A DNA stretch of 64,000 bases from positions 29,877-93,876 of the forward strand of contig JBBQWG010000011.1 of NCBI GenBank assembly GCA_038210825.1. Reading direction: 5' to 3'. Origin of the DNA: Verrucomicrobiales bacterium. GTDB taxonomy: Bacteria > Verrucomicrobiota > Verrucomicrobiia > Verrucomicrobiales > V1-33. The notes below the pieces were generated by a model. The model was not told the DNA's origin, did not search any database, and saw only the letters and a program-made list of their open reading frames with translations. The stretch's first letter is position 1. Each line of letters begins with the position of its first letter. Below, piece by piece: positions 53,904 through 63,325 of the stretch. The position numbers and the translations under genes are program-made.

Positions 53904-55463
53904 TCAATCAAGGCCGATGGCCCCAAGGTCTTTGATGTAAGGGCTTTGCAGGATGAACATCACGGCGGGGAGGCGCTCCACCGGGCTGAGTTTGCCATCT
54001 TTGTCGAGGTCGAGGGCGATGAGGGGAGCCCGGGCCCTATCAAAATTCTGTTGGGCCCGGATTTGGGAAGCCGAGCCTGCCCGGCTGCGGCCCAGGCCAA
54101 AGACGGTAACATCGTTCTCGAGGAGGCGGTCGATCACCTGATGGGCCAGGAAAACCCGGAGGGCCTGATGGGTGGCTTCCTTCTGCTCCGGAGTATCGAA
54201 CATCACCGCGAGAGTGATGACCCCCATTTCATCGGTGGTGGCAGGCCCCCAAATCACGCGCTGCGGCGGCTGGGTGGGGTTGGCCGGATTCTCTGCGGAG
54301 TTGTCATAAGACATCAGCACATCCAGCCGGGTTCCCACAGGAAGTTTGACAGGCTTTTCAAAGTAATAATCCTCCTGCCATTTGAAATCCCAGTGCGAGG
54401 TCTTCAGGAGCCAGCGCGTGCTGCCATCCGGAAAGGTGGCGGTCATTTCCATGCGTTTGCCCAGATAGTGGGCATGGGCATTCACGGAGAAGGCCTCACA
54501 GTCCGCCGGAATCACAAAGGAGGCTTTTTCCTCATGGTTCTTGGCACCGGCTGGGATGTCGATGCCCTGCATCGCACCAAAGTGAGGCGGCACGGGAATG
54601 ATGGACCAAGGACGGGCAGTAGGCTCGTCCGCGAAATAAAACCCGACGGAAGATTGGTCGGTGGTTTCCCGTCCCATGGGATGATAGTGGATCTGCACCA
54701 CCAGATCGGTCCCTTTGGGGATGAAATACCGCAGGCCATGGGGCAGTTCGGCAGGCTGGGTGCCGACATCCCATCCGCCCATATAACGGAATTCACCATT
54801 GGACTGGCTCATCCCCCGGAAACCAGGGCCGGGGTCTTTGGCATCGTATTCCCGGGCCTTGCCGGTGGAATCGAGGTAATAAAGAATGTGATGGACCACT
54901 TTGGGATCCCCCGGATGAAATTCCAAGCCTTTCACCCAGATGTCCTTCTCCAAATTCAGGGGGATGACAAATTTGCGGTAAATGTCCCGGCCTTCGGCGG
55001 GCACGGTAAAGGCCTCCGGCATGGTCGCGATGAGGTCCGGCGGGCCGAGTTGCCAGCCGTCCGTCTGGGGCGGCAGAACCGGAGTTTTGGCGGGATCCCC
55101 CTGGGGCATGCCTGCTTTTACCCAGGCGGCGAGAAGAGCAATTTGGTCCTCCGTGAGGGACCGGTCGTTGGCATACTTCACCACTCCCGGATCAGCGTGC
55201 CACGGGGGCATGGTGCGGTCGGCCGTCACTTCCACGATTTGCCGGCCGCGGCGTTTGACGGCCTCATAATCCGTCAGGGCAAAGGGCCCGATCTGCCCGG
55301 CCCGGTGGCACGCTGCACAATGATGAAAAATGAGGGGAGCGATATCCTCACTGAAAGTGACCGGCCGCGCCTCCTCCTCTGCTGCGGACACCGGCCCAGG
55401 AGCCATGAGGGAAAACAAAGCTGCGGGAAGGAACAGGCTGGGAAGGCGCATGGTATCTGACAT
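53904..55463 (-). CDS. Secreted fusion: c-type heme (CxxCH) domain + PHM/DBH-like type II copper monooxygenase + C-terminal EF-hand
   Basis: Signal peptide MRLPSLFLPAALFSLMAPGPVSA. Heme motif FHHCAACHRAGQIGPF. Copper-site pattern VVHHILYY (CuH HH), VVQIHYHP, NAHAHYLGKRM (CuM HxH), TTDEMGV (Met). EF-hand loop DLDKDGKLSPVE. Confidence 0.7.
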   Translation of the reverse strand: MSDTMRLPSLFLPAALFSLMAPGPVSAAEEEARPVTFSEDIAPLIFHHCAACHRAGQIGPFALTDYEAVKRRGRQIVEVTADRTMPPWHADPGVVKYANDRSLTEDQIALLAAWVKAGMPQGDPAKTPVLPPQTDGWQLGPPDLIATMPEAFTVPAEGRDIYRKFVIPLNLEKDIWVKGLEFHPGDPKVVHHILYYLDSTGKAREYDAKDPGPGFRGMSQSNGEFRYMGGWDVGTQPAELPHGLRYFIPKGTDLVVQIHYHPMGRETTDQSSVGFYFADEPTARPWSIIPVPPHFGAMQGIDIPAGAKNHEEKASFVIPADCEAFSVNAHAHYLGKRMEMTATFPDGSTRWLLKTSHWDFKWQEDYYFEKPVKLPVGTRLDVLMSYDNSAENPANPTQPPQRVIWGPATTDEMGVITLAVMFDTPEQKEATHQALRVFLAHQVIDRLLENDVTVFGLGRSRAGSASQIRAQQNFDRARAPLIALDLDKDGKLSPVERLPAVMFILQSPYIKDLGAIGLD

Positions 55464-55492
55464 GGGAACGGATATCCGTCGTGGCGGGAGGA

Positions 55493-56092
55493 CTATTTCC
55501 CGGGGGCATCCGGAAAGTCAATGTAACAGCCGATTGCTTTGGTGTGTTTGACCGGCACCGGTTTGTCTTGGAGCACGGCGTCGAGGGCGAGGCGCAGGTC
55601 GCGCACCCGGGGTTCACTGCGGACAGAGCCGATCCGGACGGCCCGGTCATCGATGCGCCCCCGGTAGAGCACCTCCCCGGCGGGATCGAGCAGGCAGGCC
55701 TCCGGAGTGACCGTGGCTCCGGTGCGACGGGCCAGGGCCAGTCCGGGATCCAGCAGACCGGTCAGGGGCAGCTTGAATTCCCTTGTATGGCGGGCCACGG
55801 CTTCGGCAGTTTCGTGGGCGTAGATTCCATAACAAATCACTCCGGACTTTTGATATTCCTCAACAATCCGTGCGATTTCCGGGGCATAACCATTGCCGAT
55901 GGAACACTCTGTGGTCAGGAAAATCAACAGGGTGGCTTTCTGCCCGCGGGCGGCAAGGGGGGTGACTGCCTGCCCTGAGGTATTCTTCAGGACCACCGGC
56001 ACATGCGATGGTGGAGCTGTTTTTCCCGCCGCAGGCCCGGCTGGAGCGGAGCTTGTCACAAGCAATAGGCAGGAAAAAATCAAAATGCGCAT
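55493..56092 (-). CDS. Thioredoxin-fold redoxin-like protein lacking a CxxC motif
   Basis: ATG 56092 (verified) gives MRILIFSCLLLVTSSAPA, a signal peptide. ATLLIFLTTECSIGNGYAPEI occupies the position where redoxins carry CxxC. 29-nt gap to the monooxygenase gene. Confidence 0.6.
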   Translation of the reverse strand: MRILIFSCLLLVTSSAPAGPAAGKTAPPSHVPVVLKNTSGQAVTPLAARGQKATLLIFLTTECSIGNGYAPEIARIVEEYQKSGVICYGIYAHETAEAVARHTREFKLPLTGLLDPGLALARRTGATVTPEACLLDPAGEVLYRGRIDDRAVRIGSVRSEPRVRDLRLALDAVLQDKPVPVKHTKAIGCYIDFPDAPGK

Positions 56093-56129
56093 AGCTGGGG
56101 GGAAAGTTGATTTTTGAGTCCAGGCCGCT

Positions 56130-56711
56130 TTATACCAGACGGGTGCGTTCATAGGCATCGGCCAGGGGAATGCGGCACTGAATGCAATCAAGCTCAAGGA
56201 CATCACCGGCTGAGAGCATTTCAAAACTCCAGCCGTCTGCTTCGCGGCGATGGACTGTCATGACGACTTGGAATTGATCCACCAGCACATAAGCCTGCAG
56301 TGAGGGGATTTTTTGATAGTGGGAAAATTTCCCGTGCCGGTCAACCCTCTCTGTTTCCGGGGACATCACTTCAAAAATGACGGTGGGCTTTTCCGGATAG
56401 AGCGCGGAGTCGGCAGTGCCCGGGCAGTCCACCACCACATCAGGGTAATAATAGAATTCGGCAGTTCCCGAACGGATCCGCACCCGCATGTCCGAGGTGA
56501 AGGCTTCGCAGGGTTTTCCGCGGAGTTGTAGGCGCAGCTCCGCACCGAGGTTTGCGGTGATGCGGTTATGGCCCGCACTGGCCCCAGCCATGGCATACAC
56601 CACCCCGTTCAGATATTCGTGCCGCCGGGTGGCCATGCGTTCCCCCGCCAGATAGGCCTCCGGAGAAATGAGCAGATCTTTTACCTGGGGATGTCCCATA
56701 ATCCAAACCAT
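56130..56711 (-). CDS. Uma2-family (DUF820) putative endonuclease
   Basis: ISPEAYLAGERMATRRHEYLNGVVYAMAG..HNRITANL..YYPDVVVDC..PTVIFEVMSPETERVDR..KFSHYQKIPSLQAYVLVD is the restriction-endonuclease-like D..E.K pattern typical of Uma2. The start is ATG 56711 or 56699. Confidence 0.75.
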   Translation of the reverse strand: MVWIMGHPQVKDLLISPEAYLAGERMATRRHEYLNGVVYAMAGASAGHNRITANLGAELRLQLRGKPCEAFTSDMRVRIRSGTAEFYYYPDVVVDCPGTADSALYPEKPTVIFEVMSPETERVDRHGKFSHYQKIPSLQAYVLVDQFQVVMTVHRREADGWSFEMLSAGDVLELDCIQCRIPLADAYERTRLV

Positions 56712-56885
56712 GCCACCGGAAACGGGGGGCGGCAAGTTTTTCGCAAGTTGAGGACGTGCGCCGTCCTTCGCCGGGTATCCGTGGGGGACAACAGTTTCCG
56801 CTGGGCGATTTCCCGGGACGCTGGCAAGCTTGCCGTTCCGCATCTCTCGGAGAGGTATCGCCCGGAGTTCTTCCTTCGGGTCAGG

Positions 56886-58313
56886 TCAGAAGTCCAGATA
56901 CTCCTCTTCCGTAAGGCCGAAGTCATATCCTCCCGCTTCATTGACGGGGGGAAGGGAGGCCGCGGTTTCCGGATCGCCAGAAATGATTTTTTCCACGGCG
57001 GTGGCGGTTCCGCCGAGTTGGGACACGATGCGTTCCTGGATTTGGCGGCGGGGTTTTTCGTCAGCGATCCGGGCGCTGAGACGCAGAGCGAGGGCGGGAT
57101 CGGAAGTCAGGACGTGGCGCGCAACATTCACCTGACCGATGGCCCGGAGGGAGGGATCTTCGATTTTGGAAACCCATGCCATGCAGGCATCCACGTCCTG
57201 TTTCATCCAGCCATTGGTCAGGCCGATTATAGCGGTGGGCATGTCCTGTTCCGGCAGGTCCTGAACTAGCCGGAAGGCATCCTGAGGCGAAAGTTGACTG
57301 ACAACTCCGGCGATTTGTCCGGCGAGAAACGGCTTGATGGCATCATCCGGCTGGGCCGCCAGCCATGCTAGGGCTGCCGGTTGATCCATGGCGGCCCACT
57401 GGGCGAGGGCACGGCTGAATTGCCCGAGATGCAGCTCACGGTAATATTCACCACGGCTGGACTGAAGGGCCTTGGGGATTTCCTCAGTAGGCACCCAGGA
57501 ACCGCGCACGTATCTGGCCAATAATTCGGACTGCAGGGCGGGATGGCTTCGTCCGAACATCGGGATCGTGGAAAACCCAGGAGCCCGTGGCTTCGACAAC
57601 ATCCAGCGGCAGACGGCATCAGGATCCTCCTGCACCCAACTGGCCATCACTTTCTCGGTATCATAGGGGTCGGGGGTAGCGGCTGAGGCTTCGAGGGCCA
57701 TGATCCAGCCTTCGGGCGAATCGGGCCGCGGGCCGGGCCGCAGCAATTCCTCCAGTTTCCAGTCCAGCGGATCCGACGGGTGGTTGGAACCCATGAATTT
57801 GTGCTTTTTCAGCTCCTTGGCATATCCACGTGCGGCGGCGGGATCCTGACTGAACCATGCCTGCAGCATGGCGGCCGCGATGGTCGGGCGGACGCTCTGG
57901 GTACTGGCAGGCCAGGGTTCCTTTCCTCCGAATGCGGAGTAGGGAGGCAGCGGCATCTCGTGAAACACTTTCCATGCGGCGGATGGATCCAGGCGCACCC
58001 ACCGGGTGAGGAGAATCTTCAGCGCGGGGAAGTCCGCCTGCGGATTGAGGCGGGCAACTGCGGCGGGCAAATCTGCATCTGGCACAGCAAAGGCCCACTT
58101 CAGCCATGCCTCCCGCGAGCGTGATGCAGGGGCTTGGTAAACCTGACGGAGTTGTTCCATCCAGGCTGCTGACTCGGGCAGCGGCCGGCTTCCGGTCTGC
58201 GGCGTGGGCAGCGGCGCACGGGTGGTCGACCTGTTCTGGTCAGGCCTTCCGAGCCCATAACCGAGCAACCCGCAGCAAAGAGCGGTCAGGCCGTAGAGGA
58301 TGAGGCTTTTCAT
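56886..58313 (-). CDS. Helical-repeat protein (W..DP.AA repeat family), N-terminal anchor
   Basis: 475 aa. MKSLILYGLTALCCGLLGYGL. Repeats WVRLDPSAAWKVF, WFSQDPAAARGYA, WVQEDPDAVCRWM, WAAMDQPAALAWLA. 4-nt overlap with the upstream paralogue. Confidence 0.55.
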   Translation of the reverse strand: MKSLILYGLTALCCGLLGYGLGRPDQNRSTTRAPLPTPQTGSRPLPESAAWMEQLRQVYQAPASRSREAWLKWAFAVPDADLPAAVARLNPQADFPALKILLTRWVRLDPSAAWKVFHEMPLPPYSAFGGKEPWPASTQSVRPTIAAAMLQAWFSQDPAAARGYAKELKKHKFMGSNHPSDPLDWKLEELLRPGPRPDSPEGWIMALEASAATPDPYDTEKVMASWVQEDPDAVCRWMLSKPRAPGFSTIPMFGRSHPALQSELLARYVRGSWVPTEEIPKALQSSRGEYYRELHLGQFSRALAQWAAMDQPAALAWLAAQPDDAIKPFLAGQIAGVVSQLSPQDAFRLVQDLPEQDMPTAIIGLTNGWMKQDVDACMAWVSKIEDPSLRAIGQVNVARHVLTSDPALALRLSARIADEKPRRQIQERIVSQLGGTATAVEKIISGDPETAASLPPVNEAGGYDFGLTEEEYLDF

Positions 58314-59989
58314 GGTGCCGGCGTCTCCGTTGGAACTTTGAGCCGCTGTTTGAGAAGGATGTTGGTGAAATAATACCGTTGGCCATCAATGAGCACGGCT
58401 TCGGGCAGCAGGCGGTTCATGGCCGGTAGATCGATCCGGGGAAGGAGGCGCTCAAATTCGGTCAGGGCGGAGGCAGGATCCCGTTCAGCCCAGTGGGCCA
58501 GAGCTACCGTGAGGGCATCGGTCCGCAATTCCGGATCCGGCTGCTGGAGGGCAAGGGCGACGGCTTCCTGCGGTTTTTGCCATGAGAGACCTGCCATCAA
58601 TCCGCGCAGGCTTTTGGCTTGGGTTTCCGGCGGGCTGCTTTCCCAGATTTTCCGGGCTTCTTCAGGAGCCTGCTGGCCAAGTTTTTGAATAAACCGGTGC
58701 ATGGAATCCTGCTGCCCGGCGGGATCCAACTGTTCCCAAACTATTGCCGCAAAGCCTGGATTCTCCTGGGGGATGACGGAAAGCAGACGGGAAATGAGCG
58801 GTTCGCGCGATCCCGGGGAGAGACAGGACAGCACGGACATTACACCCGACTGGGCACGGCTCGATCCTGCCAAATGTTGGCCCAGCGCGACGGACCCCCA
58901 GTTAGATGAACTGGTCTCTCCCAGGGCAGCCGCGAGGAGATCCTGACGGAAAGCGGGATCCTTGAATCCTCCAAGATGTTCCAGCACATCCCCAGCTCCG
59001 TGCCTGGCCAGCGCCCGCAGCAGGGCTTTCTCCGGTATTCCAGGGGCCGGATTGGTGAGGAGGGCTTGCCGGGCCTCCGGGTGGGGGATCAGATAGTCCC
59101 GGGCAATGAACGGGGCCGCCTCCACGGTGTCCTCAATGGAAAACCGGCTGATCAGGTCCGCAATCTCCTGCGGGGGACGCCGCGCCGCTCCTGCCAGCAG
59201 GGCTCCCAGCCAATCTGCCCGCCGGGGACCTGACGAAGCGGCAGATCCGGCAGACAGGGTTGCCATCGCCGCAAAAGCCGCAGCGGGATCCTGACTGGCC
59301 CAGTTGCGCAGGAGAGCGGTGATGCCTGGCCGGTTGGTTTCCGTCCAGCCCTGAACCTTGGCCAGTTTCAAGGCAGATGCGGGAGCGGTTTCGGAAAGGG
59401 TTTCCAACAAAGTCGTCTGCAGTTCCGGGGTATGGCTTGCAACCGGCTGCGCCAGCAGCCATGCGGTGGCGGCCGCAGGATCCTGACGGGCCCAACCGGT
59501 CAGCACGGCCCCATGCAGCGTGGCATCCATCGCGGGTTTTTTCCTTGCCCAGGCAAGGGCCTCCCCGGGCTGCCGCACGGCCCAGGCAGTCAGCACGTTA
59601 GGGAGAACATCCGGAAGACAGGCCAGAGATTCCAGCAGAACCGGAACTTCAGGGAGGCGGTCATCCGGCAGCGATTCTATCAACTGCAGAAGGCGGATGC
59701 CGGTGCCGTTATCATCCCGCCCGGAGGCCAAAATGCCGCGCACTGCGGCAATGAGATCCGGATTGTCCAATGCCGCCATAACCAAAGGGTCGTGAACTCC
59801 GGGGAAAGGGGCGGCGGCAGTTTTGGCCCGGAACTCCGTATCGTTAGGTTCCGGCAAGGACGGACCGCCCGAAGCAACCACTGCGTGAATTGTTCCGGAT
59901 GGGCCTGCGGGCATCAGGCGGGCGGTTCCCCAGCCGGCGGCCAATGCCATCCCGCCAAGCAACAGGCAGGGCCGGAGGGAAAAACGCAT
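58310..59989 (-). CDS. Helical-repeat protein (W..DP.AA repeat family), N-terminal anchor
   Basis: 559 aa. MRFSLRPCLLLGGMALAAGWG. Repeats WAVRQPGEALAWA, WARQDPAAATAWL, WASQDPAAAFAAM, WAERDPASALTEF. Confidence 0.55.
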   Translation of the reverse strand: MRFSLRPCLLLGGMALAAGWGTARLMPAGPSGTIHAVVASGGPSLPEPNDTEFRAKTAAAPFPGVHDPLVMAALDNPDLIAAVRGILASGRDDNGTGIRLLQLIESLPDDRLPEVPVLLESLACLPDVLPNVLTAWAVRQPGEALAWARKKPAMDATLHGAVLTGWARQDPAAATAWLLAQPVASHTPELQTTLLETLSETAPASALKLAKVQGWTETNRPGITALLRNWASQDPAAAFAAMATLSAGSAASSGPRRADWLGALLAGAARRPPQEIADLISRFSIEDTVEAAPFIARDYLIPHPEARQALLTNPAPGIPEKALLRALARHGAGDVLEHLGGFKDPAFRQDLLAAALGETSSSNWGSVALGQHLAGSSRAQSGVMSVLSCLSPGSREPLISRLLSVIPQENPGFAAIVWEQLDPAGQQDSMHRFIQKLGQQAPEEARKIWESSPPETQAKSLRGLMAGLSWQKPQEAVALALQQPDPELRTDALTVALAHWAERDPASALTEFERLLPRIDLPAMNRLLPEAVLIDGQRYYFTNILLKQRLKVPTETPAP

Positions 59990-60080
59990 GCGGCAGGTTA
60001 CGGGGACCGGCTGCGAAGTCCATCAAAAATCGGATAGGCCGGAAACGCGCCGCTTCAGCCGGCCGGGAATCGGGCCCACG

Positions 60081-60110
60081 AAAAAGCGGAGCCCCTTCCG
60101 GGACTCCGCT
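60081..60110 (-). terminator. Rho-independent terminator downstream of the YlbF-like gene
   Basis: Minus-strand RNA reads AGCGGAG-U-CCC-GGAA-GGG-G-CUCCGCU followed by UUUUU. That is a 10-bp GC-rich stem with one mismatch, a GGAA loop and a U5 tail, 53 nt after the stop at 60163. Confidence 0.7.
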
Positions 60111-60162
60111 GCAGGATTTTCTGATAAAGTGCACCCGCAGGCGGTGCGGGCATCATTTTTAG

Positions 60163-60603
60163 TTAGTGGCAACCGCAACCTTCACCGCAGCTTCCGCTTT
60201 CCTTGGCTACCAATTCGTTTTCGCGGGGGATGCGGCCGAGTTCGAGAGTGCGGCTGACATAGGCCATGATGAAGCTTTCGATTTCCTGGAGCATGCCCCG
60301 GGCTTCCATGAAGGCCTGAACGGGAGGTTCGCTGAGGGTGGCCTTGCGCAGGTCCTCAAAGGCCTGGCCTTCTTCCTCGGTGATGGTCTCACCGGTCATT
60401 TCCTTGCGCTGCAATTGCTCGCTGAGTTCAGCCAGTTTGGCGTAACCGGCAGTGGCGGCAGGATTGTTCATGAAACCAGCCACCCGTTCCCGGGCGGTCA
60501 TGACATTTTCATCTTCGAGCAGGGCCTCACAAAGTTCACGGATTTTATCCCCGAGATCTGCCTTCTGCGCACGGTCGTCTTCAACTCCAATAATTAAGCT
60601 CAT
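60163..60603 (-). CDS. YlbF/YmcA-family-like helical protein with a C-terminal Cys cluster
   Basis: 146 aa, acidic and helical (KIRELCEALLEDENVMTARERVAGFMNN..YAKLAELSEQLQRKEM..FEDLRKA..VQAFMEARGMLQEI). Ends in GSCGEGCGCH. Family call rests on composition and motif memory. Confidence 0.5.
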   Translation of the reverse strand: MSLIIGVEDDRAQKADLGDKIRELCEALLEDENVMTARERVAGFMNNPAATAGYAKLAELSEQLQRKEMTGETITEEEGQAFEDLRKATLSEPPVQAFMEARGMLQEIESFIMAYVSRTLELGRIPRENELVAKESGSCGEGCGCH

Positions 60604-60710
60604 AGTGGATACCGCTACCCCCGTCCGGAGGGGGCTGCCAGGCCGGAATTGAGAAAAATCGCGCCGCGCGCCGCCGGGGGGAGGCCCCCGTCCGTCTGCT
60701 TACGCGGGGA

Positions 60711-61781
60711 TCAGGGGGCACTGCGCTGGGGCACCGCACTGCGCGACATGATGGCCCGGCGGTAGTTGTGGATGCCTCCGGCGATGGCGTCGGCGAGGGT
60801 TTGCCGGAAGTCGGGACGGTGGATGCGGGCCCCTTCGCCGGGATTGCTGACAAATCCGCCCTCAACCAGAATGCCGGGTTTTTCGATCCCGGAGATCACA
60901 CTGTAGCGGGCCCGTTTGACCCCCCGGTCCACACTGCGCAGTTTGTAAAGGGAGTTGGCATGAACAGCGGTGGCGAGGGCGATGTTCTCGGAGTCCCTTT
61001 GGTTGCCGCGGCGGTCCTTCATGTCGGTGGACTTGAGTTCGTCGTAGGTGGTCGCGGTGCCCTGGGGGGCTAGGGCAAAGGTTTCAAACCCGATGGCGGT
61101 GCTGCTGCGGTAGGAATTATAATGAATGCTGACAAAAATGCACCGCGGAGTGCGGTTGGCGATGGCGACCCGTTCGCCGAGTGTCAGGAAGGTGTCGGAG
61201 CGCCGGGTCAGCAGGGTTTTATAACCCAATTGCTTGAGCCTTCGTTCAAGGCGCATGGAAGTGTCGAGGGTATAAACTTTCTCTGCCCCGTAGGAGCCCA
61301 CCGCGCCACTGTCGTGCCCGCCATGGCCGGGATCCACCACCACCGTATCAAAGGGAATTACGTTCTCGATGTAGGTAGGCCGGATGATGGGATCCAGGAG
61401 CTTGGCGAGGTCCACCCGGGAGACAATGATCGAGCCATTGTGCTCGCTGGTGGGAAAGCTGAGGCAGAATTTGACGTTATTGATGTAGATGTCTTCCCCG
61501 CGGTTGGAGAACTTGATCATCATCGTGTTGGAGCGCAGCCAGGCATGGCGGCCCTCGCGCTGGAGCCGGGGAAATTTGTAGAAGGTCTTGATGTCCTCGA
61601 GCCGGACGTAGTCCCGCCCGCCCTCCTGGATGATTTTCCATTCAAACGCGTGGCCGGCGGGAACCGTGGCGAACGTCAGGAGCGGCACGGCAAACCGGCA
61701 TAACCAATCCCGCCGGGTCAACGGCAAGGGAGAGTCTGAAGTGTGGTCCGGATGAAACATGGAGCGGGAGCAGCGGGGCAT
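60711..61781 (-). CDS. N-acetylmuramoyl-L-alanine amidase (Amidase_3) with an N-terminal AMIN-like domain and a Tat-like signal
   Basis: VVVDPGHGGHDSGAVG, FVSIHYNS, ILVEGGFVSNPGE. N-terminal TRRDWLCRFAVPLLTFATVPAGHA resembles a twin-arginine signal. An alternative start is ATG 61760. Confidence 0.8.
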   Translation of the reverse strand: MPRCSRSMFHPDHTSDSPLPLTRRDWLCRFAVPLLTFATVPAGHAFEWKIIQEGGRDYVRLEDIKTFYKFPRLQREGRHAWLRSNTMMIKFSNRGEDIYINNVKFCLSFPTSEHNGSIIVSRVDLAKLLDPIIRPTYIENVIPFDTVVVDPGHGGHDSGAVGSYGAEKVYTLDTSMRLERRLKQLGYKTLLTRRSDTFLTLGERVAIANRTPRCIFVSIHYNSYRSSTAIGFETFALAPQGTATTYDELKSTDMKDRRGNQRDSENIALATAVHANSLYKLRSVDRGVKRARYSVISGIEKPGILVEGGFVSNPGEGARIHRPDFRQTLADAIAGGIHNYRRAIMSRSAVPQRSAP

Positions 61782-61850
61782 CGGTCGTTCCGGCAGGAAC
61801 GATAGCGGCCCTCATCATAGAAGCGCTCCATCATTTCGCAACTCCCGGGA

Positions 61851-62726
61851 TTATTCCGTGGAAAAAGCCCCGGCGAGGCCGCGAACGGCTTCCCCCACCG
61901 CCTGGACAGCGGCCGCGGCATACCGGCCCCAACTCCTCAAAAAATCCTCCGCGCTCAGATCAGGGGATGCTGCCGTGAGGAGAAAGGCCAGCAGCAGGGC
62001 ATTGACGAGGAAGATCAGACAGGCGGAAAAAAAGAATCCATTGATCCGCAGATCCGGCTGGTCCTTGCCGATCATCCACAGGGTGAACGTCAGGTGAAAC
62101 CCCCACGTCAAACCGATCAGCAAAAACACCCCCCACAGCGGACGGAAGCCAAATCCCCCGGGCAGCACCATCAGGGTGGTCAAATCCACCACCGTGCCCA
62201 CCAGCAGACACAGCGGCACCACCGTGAGGGTATACAGCGGGGTAAAATAGGGCGAGAGGGCGATCAGAACGTTGTTTTTGTCTGTCAGGACATGCCCGCC
62301 TTTGGCGGTCACGTGAAAACCCCGCACGCTGCCACCACAGATGATCGTGAAAATGGCGTGTGTCATCTCATGCGCCCAGACATACAGCCAGACCGGACGG
62401 GGCAAAAACAAAAAGGCGATGGTCCACAGGATCATGCCGAGGGCGAAGAACCAAAACGCCGGCGTTTGCCAAAAGGATTGCCCCATCGTGTCCAAAAATC
62501 CCGACCCCAAGGCCCGCGTGGTGATCAGACAGGCGGGCAGGAGGAACACCCAGGCAATCCAAGCGTAAATCAGTTGCACGGAAATCGTGCGCGGTGGACG
62601 CAACACCGCCTTCGTCGTGCGGCTCGCCAAAACCTTGGCCCGCTTGGCCTGCGGCAAACGCCGGTTCGAGGGGGCCCGGCGGGCCACCAACTCGTCCGTG
62701 TCCTGGGATCGGCGGGCGCGCGGCAT
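61851..62726 (-). CDS. Polytopic membrane protein with an HExxH motif (M50-like metalloprotease candidate)
   Basis: ATG 62726 (verified) gives MPRARRSQDTDELV. About 6 TM helices, with VWAHEMTHAIFTIICGG inside a TM segment. The track start 62879 reaches the edge of the repeat spacer and is rejected. Confidence 0.5.
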   Translation of the reverse strand: MPRARRSQDTDELVARRAPSNRRLPQAKRAKVLASRTTKAVLRPPRTISVQLIYAWIAWVFLLPACLITTRALGSGFLDTMGQSFWQTPAFWFFALGMILWTIAFLFLPRPVWLYVWAHEMTHAIFTIICGGSVRGFHVTAKGGHVLTDKNNVLIALSPYFTPLYTLTVVPLCLLVGTVVDLTTLMVLPGGFGFRPLWGVFLLIGLTWGFHLTFTLWMIGKDQPDLRINGFFFSACLIFLVNALLLAFLLTAASPDLSAEDFLRSWGRYAAAAVQAVGEAVRGLAGAFSTE

Positions 62727-62926
62727 GGGAAATTCAATAAAATTAAAACGCAGGCGGAGTGAAATATAAACCGTTCTTAAGCATCTGCCAACACCCGAAA
62801 CGGAAATTTCACGCCCCCTGCTTTCGCCCGATGAGCTACACTCTGTGCAGCGACAATTATATTTGACCCCTGACGACAATTAAAACTGACCCATGGCCGG
62901 GTGGTTTCCCTGGTGCTTAGACGGTG

Positions 62927-63269
<343 letters not shown>

Positions 63270-63325
63270 CCCCCCCCCGCCACCTCCCGGTTGCCAAGGC
63301 ATAAAAACTGCGGCGGCTTGCGCGC

